Shown here in pieces: positions 1-7,627 of a stretch of DNA of 64,000 nucleotides (positions within the stretch are counted from its first letter, which is position 1; every line of letters starts with the position of its first letter). The DNA is from a virus. Below the pieces are notes generated by a model. That model did no database searches and was not told the origin of the DNA. It saw only the letters and a program-made list of their open reading frames with translations. The stretch lies in the IMG/VR virus record IMGVR_UViG_3300043436_003324; one strand, written 5' to 3'. The position numbers were made by a program, and so were the translations under genes.

Positions 1-114
1 AACGATGTGATCGAATCATATAGAAATTATTACCGAGAAGGAAAAAAACTTATCGTTAGTTGGAAAAACAGGGTTATTCCAAGTTGGTTTCAACCCGACG
101 AAGTATTTATATGA
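1..114 (+). CDS. 3' end of a gene running in from the left; resembles the C-terminus of pyrimidine-dimer DNA glycosylase-like phage proteins
   Basis: Frame 1 reads NDVIESYRNYYREGKKLIVSWKNRVIPSWFQPDEVFI*, matching the D-x-V-x-x-YRxYY...W..R..P.W tail of that family. Truncated. Confidence 0.5.
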   Translation, partial: NDVIESYRNYYREGKKLIVSWKNRVIPSWFQPDEVFI

Positions 115-125
115 TAAAATCATAT

Positions 126-1649
126 ATGAAACATTTTTTATCTGAAGAAATAAGAAGAATAAAAACATTAATGTCAATTAATGAATCAATAGATACTACG
201 GCACCTAAATTTTCAACTAAAATATTTGATAAAGTGGATCCTACTTGGGGAGGGGGACCTAATTCACATGCCGCAAGACATCCAGACCCAACAGGAAAGG
301 ATTGGTGGAGTAATAACGCCTACGATATAATGGCACCTGAAGGTACACCTGTTTATTCAATATCCGATGGATATGTTGATAAAATTACAGATAACCCTCC
401 CGGATTAAAATCTAGTGGAGGTAAAAGAATTTATGGTGACAGTATTACCGTTAGGGGTAGTGGTGGTAATCCTGACGTTTTTTATACCCATATTACAAAT
501 ATTGTTATTGAGGATGGGGATCCTATTAAAAAAGGTCAATTACTTGCATATATTGTAAAGGGTGAGTTAGGAATTCCTGATCATGCACACGTTTCAGTTA
601 AAGTTGGTGATGTTAAAGATTTCGTTGACGTAAACGGTAATATTGAGGGTGTGGATAATAGTTTATTAGGTAATTTATCAATCACAACAAGTAAAGGTGA
701 AGAAACCCCTATTGATACTAAAACAATAATGGGTACGGCAGCCGGATTAACCGCAGCCGCTCTAAGTTCTTTAGATATTAAAAGACCTGAATCAGATATA
801 AGTGGTATTGCTTCAAGATTTGGTATTACAGACGTTGATGTTAATACTGATTCCGTATCTGGCGTCTTAAATAAAATAATACTATCTTCAGAAGGTCTCG
901 GTACCGATGAAACTTCAATACATGATGCAATTAAAAAATTAAGTAGTTGTTATGAACTTGATGAACTAAATAAAATGGTTGAAAGAAAGGAAATTGATGG
1001 GAGAAAATATAAAGACGTATTTGATTACATTAATAGTGAAATGAATTATGGAGATGAACTATTTGTTAAAAGTTTAGTTAAAACAATAAATAATATTTGC
1101 CCAAATACTGTAACAGATAAAGGGAACCAAATTTTACGTGTTAATAAAAGTATTTACGTAGGTGGAGGAATTGATAAAGTAGTTCCAATAAAACTTCTTA
1201 ATGATTTAAAATCTTATGGTCTTTCAGATAATGCAGCCAAAGGAGTTGTTGCAAACGCTTTTGGTGAAAGTGTTTTTAACGTTAAGGCTAAAGGGGATTC
1301 AGGAAGTTACGGGGAAAGTTCAAATAGATCAATAAACATTGATGGTAAAAAATACTGTTCTTTTGGTTTATGGCAATATAATATTTGTGGTGGAATGGGA
1401 GTTTCATTCTTGAAGAACTATAACGTAAATGTTGATACTTCTTCAGATGAAGAAAAATTAAGAATTTTATTTGATTATAATAAACAAGTTGAGTTTATGT
1501 CAAAAAGAATAAAAGAAGAACAAATTAACAGTGAGAAGGACGTAAGAACTTGGATAGATTGGATTGTTGATAATGTTGAGAGACCTTCAGATAGGACTTC
1601 CGCAAAAATAAAAAGGCAAGAATTTGCAAAACAACAAGGATGGTCTTAA
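126..1649 (+). CDS. Multi-domain cell-wall hydrolase: M23 peptidase + annexin-like repeat + phage tail lysozyme-like domain
   Basis: M23 motifs YDIMAPEGTPVYS, YTH, HAH; GLGTDE annexin-like motif; AAKGVVANAFGES...FGLWQY...ERP lysozyme-like motifs. Likely start is the ATG at 126 downstream of TATTTATA (104-111), not the track's TTG at 60. Confidence 0.75.
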   Translation: MKHFLSEEIRRIKTLMSINESIDTTAPKFSTKIFDKVDPTWGGGPNSHAARHPDPTGKDWWSNNAYDIMAPEGTPVYSISDGYVDKITDNPPGLKSSGGKRIYGDSITVRGSGGNPDVFYTHITNIVIEDGDPIKKGQLLAYIVKGELGIPDHAHVSVKVGDVKDFVDVNGNIEGVDNSLLGNLSITTSKGEETPIDTKTIMGTAAGLTAAALSSLDIKRPESDISGIASRFGITDVDVNTDSVSGVLNKIILSSEGLGTDETSIHDAIKKLSSCYELDELNKMVERKEIDGRKYKDVFDYINSEMNYGDELFVKSLVKTINNICPNTVTDKGNQILRVNKSIYVGGGIDKVVPIKLLNDLKSYGLSDNAAKGVVANAFGESVFNVKAKGDSGSYGESSNRSINIDGKKYCSFGLWQYNICGGMGVSFLKNYNVNVDTSSDEEKLRILFDYNKQVEFMSKRIKEEQINSEKDVRTWIDWIVDNVERPSDRTSAKIKRQEFAKQQGWS

Positions 1650-1720
1650 TTTTTTTAATGACTTTGTTGACTGTTTAAAATATATGGTTTATAATTGTTG
1701 TATATTTAAAAACAAGAAAA

Positions 1721-1870
1721 ATGACAGAATTAGAAACACAAGTAATCGAGATCGAACTTTTTAGTTACCTTAACGATAAAGGTCAAAGACTTTTTACTCC
1801 AAATTTTGAATTTGCCGATGTTATGGCAAGAAAATACGGTACGTTTAAAGTTTACGTAGAAAAATATTAA
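1721..1870 (+). CDS. Small hypothetical protein (49 aa), not in ORF track
   Basis: ATG at 1721 after an A-rich leader; reads MTELETQVIEIELFSYLNDKGQRLFTPNFEFADVMARKYGTFKVYVEKY*. Confidence 0.6.
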   Translation: MTELETQVIEIELFSYLNDKGQRLFTPNFEFADVMARKYGTFKVYVEKY

Positions 1871-1888
1871 AAAAAGTTCACAAAGTAC

Positions 1889-1919
1889 TTGACAAAACAA
1901 AACAAATGTCGTAACTTTG
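1889..1919 (+). promoter_or_regulatory. Bacteroidetes-type sigma70 promoter P1
   Basis: TTG(1889-91)-N20-TAACTTTG(1912-19) matches the TTG-N19-21-TAnnTTTG consensus. Confidence 0.8.
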
Positions 1920-1973
1920 TAAAACAAATTTGGAAAACGTCCAAATAAGAAATAAAAAAAGTTTAGAAAAAAT

Positions 1974-2004
1974 TTGGAAAATTCAAAAAGTATTCTTATC
2001 TTTG
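1974..2004 (+). promoter_or_regulatory. Bacteroidetes-type sigma70 promoter P2
   Basis: TTG(1974-76)-N20-TATCTTTG(1997-2004); lies 85 bp downstream of P1 and is followed by the same TAAAACAAAT. Confidence 0.8.
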
Positions 2005-2031
2005 TAAAACAAATCGGAAAAGTCCGATAAC

Positions 2032-2043
2032 GTTCTTTGAAAA
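2032..2043 (+). promoter_or_regulatory. boxA-like antitermination element
   Basis: GTTCTTTGAAAA directly after a leader hairpin (ATCGGA-AAAG-TCCGAT); resembles rrn boxA. Confidence 0.55.
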
Positions 2044-2044
2044 G

Positions 2045-2917
2045 TTAGATATTATCCGTTCAGGATTAAGTTAAGAACCTTCGGGTTTAAGAATGAAACT
2101 GATAAAGATATTGGGCCGTGTATAGTCCATAAAATAAACTACGAAAGTAGGATAAAGTGAACCCCCAAGTGTAACGGGTTTGCGTCTTAATGGTCTTCGG
2201 ATCATTGAGGTCGAGTACACAGGCGAGATACCATAAAATCTTTAGTACCGAGGCCAACGGTGTAGGGAAAGTGATTTTATGATGAGGTGATGTGGGTCAT
2301 CTTGTTGAGGAGGGAACTCTAATAGGAATAACTCGTAGGGATGATGCAAGAATCAATATTTCCAATGTTGTTATTGCGGGTCTCAGTACGATAGGGTACT
2401 TAAAACCGAAAGGTATGACAACAAACAGGTGGTGCTGACATTGTCCTTGATGAATCTCTACCAAGGGACTTATCTCGAAGTAATCTTGAAATATTGAAAT
2501 GGGGACATTTCACGAGGCAGTTTGGTATTTTGTTATTCAAAAGATAATGAAGCTTAAGACGGACCACTGCTTTGACCAATCCACGACACAAAAACTTTTA
2601 TGTTAATGAAGTAACATTTATAAACTATAAAGCAAAAGTGTCCGTCACGATATAACGGAAGTTACCCACCTATTCACTGGCAGTCAGTGGAACGTGATAA
2701 CCGCAAGTTTGACCGTATTTTTATGAAAAATCTCTAGGTCGTCGAAGACCGAATCAGGACGCAATCTTGAGGAGACAGGATTAGTAAGAGAGTAGTTATG
2801 TCGTCAAGGAGTGATTGGTCTAACCAATCGGTAATGAGTGTTACAGGACAAAATCCTGTGGATAAGAGTAGAACCAATAATGACTCGAAAGACACTTACA
2901 AAAACTGTAATCTCAGG
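2045..2917 (+). ncRNA. Large structured ncRNA of about 870 nt; GOLLD/ROOL-class candidate, boundaries approximate
   Basis: No credible ORF and GC-richer than its flanks. Dense hairpins with UUCG/GNRA loops: AACC-TTCG-GGTT 2076-87, CTAC-GAAA-GTAG 2139-50, 11-bp stem with TTCG loop 2185-2210, ACC-GAAA-GGT 2405-14; also GATTGGT-CTA-ACCAATC 2813-29 and ACAGGA-CAAAA-TCCTGT 2843-59. Promoters upstream and a terminator downstream. Family assignment not verified. Confidence 0.75.
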
Positions 2918-2957
2918 TTTTTATTTTTAGGTTAAATCTTATAAGAAAAAAATTAAT

Positions 2958-2988
2958 AGGGACGATGTGAATCGATCCCTTTTTTTTT
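2958..2988 (+). terminator. Intrinsic terminator after the large ncRNA
   Basis: AGGGACGAT-GTGA-ATCGATCCCT followed by a T run. Confidence 0.75.
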
Positions 2989-3045
2989 GTTTTTTTTTAT
3001 ATACTGATGTATTTATATTTAAAGATAAATAAATAATTTTACATT

Positions 3046-3543
3046 ATGAAAAGAATAATTAGACTAACAGAATCAGATCTTGCAAGAATAGTAAGAAGAG
3101 TAATTAGTGAAGGATTTGCTGAAAATACTGTTTTAGCGTTTGATTCGGTAACTGGATATAAAAGTGCATTGTTCCCGCAATTACAATATAAAAAAAATGG
3201 AACGGCATGGGACGTAAATTTTGCGGGTAGTAAAACTTTAGGAAATTTAATGAATATGAGAGATGGGAGTTTTCAAGTAGTTAACACAGAGTCCGATCCA
3301 ACAAGTTTAGATCAAAGGACGGCATTTGGTGTTTTCCTTAATACAACCCCTAAAACAAGAGCTGAGGTAGAAACTGCGGTTAAGGCCGTGGTCCAAGGAG
3401 GATATAAAGACCCGTTCACAATCAAGGCCGGTGGTAAAACTAAAAACGCAAAAGGTGTATTAGTTACTTGGGGTCGACCTGGATTTACGGCTGGAAGCGA
3501 AATGACTGATGCAATTTGTAAATTGTATAACGTTACCGCATAA
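3046..3543 (+). CDS. Hypothetical protein with N-terminal LTESDL-RIVxRVIxE leader
   Basis: Leader nearly identical to that of 7081..7578; TATTTATA at 3010. Confidence 0.8.
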   Translation: MKRIIRLTESDLARIVRRVISEGFAENTVLAFDSVTGYKSALFPQLQYKKNGTAWDVNFAGSKTLGNLMNMRDGSFQVVNTESDPTSLDQRTAFGVFLNTTPKTRAEVETAVKAVVQGGYKDPFTIKAGGKTKNAKGVLVTWGRPGFTAGSEMTDAICKLYNVTA

Positions 3544-3564
3544 TAAAGACATTTTTATGGAGAT

Positions 3565-3601
3565 AAAAAAAACGTAAGTCTACAATAGACTTACGTTTTT
3601 T
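3565..3601. terminator. Bidirectional terminator between convergent genes
   Basis: AAAAAAACGTAAGTCTA-CAA-TAGACTTACGTTTTTT inverted repeat. Confidence 0.8.
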
Positions 3602-4026
3602 GATATGTACCCAATCGCGTAATTACCCTCAATATGGTAAGTAACCAATCTAAATGGTTGATTATTTTTATAAACTACAACCATTCGTGATTTACTATTA
3701 GAGTCAGAAATACTTAAAAAAATATTTTTATTATTTAAAATATTTTTAGATGTAATTTGATAATTTTTTAACGTATCTCCTTCATCAACACTTGATATTA
3801 CATTATTTTCTTTAAAGTTGATATTAAAAACCATAAAATAATCTGACTCATAACTTTCCATATATGACCATCTATTCATTGTTGAGTCTGTACTCATAAA
3901 ATACATTAACTCATCTATAGTCATGGTAAAATCATAAAAGTCTGTGGCAAAAATATTTACATTTTTTTGGGAAAATGACAAAAAACTTGACAATGTCATG
4001 ATTAAAGAAAAAAATAATGTTTTCAT
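3580..4026 (-). CDS. Hypothetical exported protein (Sec signal peptide)
   Basis: MKTLFFSLIMTLSSFLSFSQ signal-peptide-like N-terminus, similar to 7626..8048. Confidence 0.7.
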   Translation of the reverse strand: MKTLFFSLIMTLSSFLSFSQKNVNIFATDFYDFTMTIDELMYFMSTDSTMNRWSYMESYESDYFMVFNINFKENNVISSVDEGDTLKNYQITSKNILNNKNIFLSISDSNSKSRMVVVYKNNQPFRLVTYHIEGNYAIGYISKNVSLL

Positions 4027-4107
4027 TTTTATTAAAGGTTTAAATTAATAATTTTTTTATAAAGATAGTTATTTTTTTTATCCCCATCCTAAGATGGGGA
4101 TTTTAAT

Positions 4108-4518
4108 TGGTGGAGGTGCGGAGGCTCGAACTCCGGTCCATAATATCCTGTCAAACAAGGACTACACGTTTAGGTTAACATTTTCTAACGTTCCAAAATA
4201 TTCGATTTTTAACTTGATCAAAAACAAGGTTAGTTTGTTCTTCATTATCGTAAACTAACAACCAATAAACGACTCGATTTCGGGTTCAGTCGTATTCCAC
4301 CTTAAAGGACTTCTGTTGCTAGGTTATGTGTCCACCGACCCCCGTTTCCGTTAACTAATTAAGCTACAGTAACTTCAGAACCTCTTAGTAAACCAAGAGT
4401 TTCCATTTTCGATAAAACGTCGCCGATTGTTTTTGTGAATCAGTTTTTAAAGAGATTAATTCAGTCTCTACGTGCCCTTTATTCTCAGCCAATACCTGTC
4501 AAATCCAAAAACACCCCC
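4108..4518 (-). ncRNA. ssrA: tmRNA; tag peptide (A)GDVLSKMETLGLLRGSEVTVA*
   Basis: 5' GGGGGTGTTTTTGGATTTGAC and 3' GGAGTTCGAGCCTCCGCACCTCCACCA give an alanyl acceptor stem with G3:U and an encoded CCA. Tag frame runs 4424->4359, resuming at GGC after AAAAACAATC, with a hairpin over the tag. Confidence 0.95.
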
Positions 4519-4601
4519 ATATGTCAAATAACTTTTGTTTATATAAATACAAATATAATGGGTAAATTACAATAATCAAAATATTTTGATATTTATTTTA
4601 T

Positions 4602-5681
4602 ATGTCAGAAATTGGGGAAACATACGAATATTTAAAAAAATTATCAAAAAAGGATTTAACGGATGTTAGATTTAGTAAATACCAGTATCCTGATATAATC
4701 GATGATATTAAATACAATTATGATTCCCCGTCATCAAGTGTTATTTATTTTGAATTTGAAAATACTGAAGAATATTTTAAAATTTTGGGTATTGATAATG
4801 AGGAAGATATCTATGTGTGGAATAAATTTATGGATAATTACTATTACGATTATGATTATGATTATTACAGATATGAAGAAGATTGGAAAGAGGGGTACAT
4901 ATTAAAAGAATTTAGTCCAGAAAATCTTAACTTGGTTAAACAAATTCTAAGATTAGTTAACCCATCAATGGTTTTACGAGATGACGATACGGATACCAAT
5001 ATGGGTATTATTGCGACTTATTTAGACAAAAGGTTTGGTGATATTGAATATATTGTTAGTGAATATGGTTCTTTGAACCAAGACTGTACTAGAAGGGCGG
5101 TTAGTAATGTTTTAAAAAATGAAACTAAAAATCCATTTAAAAAACTTGGGATTAGTGAGACTTATGGGAATTACAGATTTAAAACCACTTTAGGTGTATT
5201 AATACATTGGTACGAGACTTTAGAGGCCAAAAATTTTGATATACCAGAATTATTAAAGTTAATGTTAACAAAATACGATAGAGAATCTAGAGGTAACTGG
5301 TATGAATTGGAATATAATGTTTGGTGTGATGATTTTGAATGGGACTCTTTTCACAAAGAAACTACCCGTCAGTTAAATGATATTTTAGAAAAAGTAGAGG
5401 AAGATTTATCTGAAGATGTGAATTTTGAAAGGTACAACGAATTGTTTAATATTGTGGAAAAATTAGGAGGTTTTAGAAGATGGATTAATATCCCCTCAAA
5501 AAAAATTGAAGTGTACTTTTCAGATCTAGATATAAAAACAGGAAAACTTAATTTTACCTCTAGAAAACCAAACCATCCTTCAGAAGATAGATCTGTGGAT
5601 AATGTTGAGGATTTAAATTTATCACTTTACCATCCTGAATTATTTGAACAACTTAAAAAAATAAAAGGTATTATTTTGTAA
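4602..5681 (+). CDS. Hypothetical protein
   Basis: 359-aa ORF, TATTTAT at 4590; no family recognised. Confidence 0.7.
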   Translation: MSEIGETYEYLKKLSKKDLTDVRFSKYQYPDIIDDIKYNYDSPSSSVIYFEFENTEEYFKILGIDNEEDIYVWNKFMDNYYYDYDYDYYRYEEDWKEGYILKEFSPENLNLVKQILRLVNPSMVLRDDDTDTNMGIIATYLDKRFGDIEYIVSEYGSLNQDCTRRAVSNVLKNETKNPFKKLGISETYGNYRFKTTLGVLIHWYETLEAKNFDIPELLKLMLTKYDRESRGNWYELEYNVWCDDFEWDSFHKETTRQLNDILEKVEEDLSEDVNFERYNELFNIVEKLGGFRRWINIPSKKIEVYFSDLDIKTGKLNFTSRKPNHPSEDRSVDNVEDLNLSLYHPELFEQLKKIKGIIL

Positions 5682-5706
5682 ACTCCATTTATTTTTCGTA
5701 AGTTTG
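5676..5706 (+). promoter_or_regulatory. Bacteroidetes sigma70 promoter 4 nt before the peptidase ATG (probable leaderless mRNA)
   Basis: TTG(5676-78)-N20-TAAGTTTG(5699-5706)-TAAA-ATG(5711). Confidence 0.6.
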
Positions 5707-5710
5707 TAAA

Positions 5711-6496
5711 ATGGAAAGAAATTACGAATTACTAAAAGAGGTGTTATCGGTACCCTCAAAAACATATCAAGAAGATTTATTGATACAATTTATCTGTGAT
5801 TGGTTAGATAAAAATAACATCACATATTATGTTGATGACTTATACAACATATATGCAACAAAACAAACTGATCAGGATATTGAATACTTTCCTTGTGTGG
5901 TCGCACATACTGATACTGTACATAATATTGACACAATAAATGTTAAAGAAGAGATGTTACCTGATGCTCAAGGTAATGTTAAACTATCTTTAAAGGCGTA
6001 TAATAATAACGGAGACCCAACAGGAATTGGCGGTGATGATAAATGTGGGGTTTATGGGTGTTTAGAACTACTAAAAGAATTACCTAACTTAAAAGCTGCT
6101 TTCTTTGTTTCTGAGGAAACAGGATGTAAGGGATCATTTAATGCGGATCCTAATTTTTTCACTAATGTTGGTTACGTTATACAATTTGATGCCCCCGAAA
6201 ATAATATGATTTCAGAATTTTTAATGAACAAACCAATGTTTAATAGAGACAGTGAATTCTTTAATGTTGGGGGTAGACTAATAACAGAACATTTTCCTGG
6301 GGATACAGAATACCATAGACACCCATACACGGATATATACCCATTAAATAAGAACTTTGGATTGTCCTGTTTCAATATCTCTATTGGGTACTACAATTAC
6401 CACACAAGAAACGAATACGTGGTTGTTGACGACACATACAATGGTATTAAGGTGGGTAAATTAATGATAGAGGAGTTAGGTAATAATAAACATTAA
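5711..6496 (+). CDS. M28/M20/M42-type zinc peptidase
   Basis: Metal-ligand motifs HTDTVH, GGDDKCG, EETG and a C-terminal YH. Confidence 0.85.
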   Translation: MERNYELLKEVLSVPSKTYQEDLLIQFICDWLDKNNITYYVDDLYNIYATKQTDQDIEYFPCVVAHTDTVHNIDTINVKEEMLPDAQGNVKLSLKAYNNNGDPTGIGGDDKCGVYGCLELLKELPNLKAAFFVSEETGCKGSFNADPNFFTNVGYVIQFDAPENNMISEFLMNKPMFNRDSEFFNVGGRLITEHFPGDTEYHRHPYTDIYPLNKNFGLSCFNISIGYYNYHTRNEYVVVDDTYNGIKVGKLMIEELGNNKH

Positions 6497-6585
6497 TAAA
6501 AAAATTTATTCATATCCTTTAATTTCTTTAAAATTCATATATTTATTTGTAAATAACAAATGACAAAAATTAAAACACAAAGATT

Positions 6586-7065
6586 ATGAAGTTTTTAATC
6601 TCAGACCAAGAAAGATCAAGAATTTTGGAAATGCATCAAAACGCTACATCAAAACAATATTTAACTGAACAAACAATTGCTAATACTCAAGCCGCATCAT
6701 TTGTTAATGAATTTAACAGAGTTATGACGGCATATAAATTACCTGGATATGTTGCAAAATTTGTCAAAGGTGCCGACGATTACCACGGTAATATTGTCAT
6801 TTATAAAGATGGTAAAGAACTTGTCAAATCACCACAAGATTTTGGAATTGCGGTGACTGCGAATTTATCACCAGGAGTTCAACAAACTAAAGATCCATTA
6901 GATAATTATGGAACACAATTAGTCGATGGTAAAGTCACACAATTTGGACAAAGTTTAGAGAAAGTTTTGGGAACTGCTGACGCAGCGGCAAAAAATCAAC
7001 TATCAACAGCTGTAAGGAGTGCGGTTGATGCGGTTAAAAAACAATTATCACCAACTCAAAAATAA
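6586..7065 (+). CDS. Hypothetical protein with ISDQERSRILEMH leader
   Basis: TATTTAT at 6540; shares a 21-bp 3' end with the next gene. Confidence 0.75.
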   Translation: MKFLISDQERSRILEMHQNATSKQYLTEQTIANTQAASFVNEFNRVMTAYKLPGYVAKFVKGADDYHGNIVIYKDGKELVKSPQDFGIAVTANLSPGVQQTKDPLDNYGTQLVDGKVTQFGQSLEKVLGTADAAAKNQLSTAVRSAVDAVKKQLSPTQK

Positions 7066-7080
7066 AAAAAAATAAATATT

Positions 7081-7578
7081 ATGAAAAAAATTATCAAACT
7101 AACTGAAAGTGACTTAACCAGAATAGTTAAAAGAGTTATAAATGAAAGAAATTTGTTGATGGAAAAACATAGTTCCGAGTCTATTAATGTTAATATACCG
7201 TGGACGATAAATAAAGAAGGGAAAGAAATTGTCGCTAAATCACAATTTAATGTTGGGGAATACTATCCATCATTCTCTTATTTAGAAGGAGACCCTGATA
7301 TAGTAAAACAACTTGATAAAGATACAAAAACAAACCCATACACAATTAAAAGTGTTAGTCTTCCTGATGTAACCGCAACACCAATCGGACCACAAAAATT
7401 TGTTAAAGGTAGTGACGGAAATTATTATTTAACGGGTAAATTACAATTACCACAAGACATTAAAGTAACATGGGGTGTTGTTCCTAATACTACGATTGTA
7501 TTTAGTGACGGACAATCAGTCAGTGGAGGTGTTGTTTATAAAAAAGGAAAACAATATACACCACCAACTCAAAAATAA
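7081..7578 (+). CDS. Hypothetical protein with LTESDL-RIVKRVINE leader
   Basis: Leader shared with 3046..3543. Confidence 0.8.
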   Translation: MKKIIKLTESDLTRIVKRVINERNLLMEKHSSESINVNIPWTINKEGKEIVAKSQFNVGEYYPSFSYLEGDPDIVKQLDKDTKTNPYTIKSVSLPDVTATPIGPQKFVKGSDGNYYLTGKLQLPQDIKVTWGVVPNTTIVFSDGQSVSGGVVYKKGKQYTPPTQK

Positions 7579-7594
7579 AAAACAATTAAAAACT

Positions 7595-7627
7595 AAAATC
7601 CCCACCTGAAAAGATGGGGATTTTTTT
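7595..7627. terminator. Bidirectional terminator
   Basis: AAAATCCCCA-CCTGAAAAGA-TGGGGATTTT between convergent genes. Confidence 0.7.

Noticed and set aside
2016-2026. RNase P RNA (GGAAAAGTCC resembles GGAAAGUCC)
   Set aside because: It is part of a leader hairpin duplicated after both promoters, and I find no matching 3' P4 strand.
2244-2272. 23S rRNA fragment (AGTACCG...GGGAAAG similarity)
   Set aside because: Only a short motif resemblance with different hairpin geometry; no extended rRNA similarity seen.
1730-2591. ORFs 1730..1927(-) and 2400..2591(-)
   Set aside because: They are antisense to a better small ORF, the promoters and the structured RNA, and have no protein-like features.
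2045-2917. Group I or group II intron
   Set aside because: No interrupted flanking gene and no domain V. The TATAGTCC at about 2121 lies near the 5' end within a local hairpin, not where a group I S element belongs.
4080-4104. Intrinsic terminator for the tmRNA
   Set aside because: The hairpin is real, but its T run is on the plus strand. On the tmRNA strand it is followed by As, so it is not a classic terminator in that direction.
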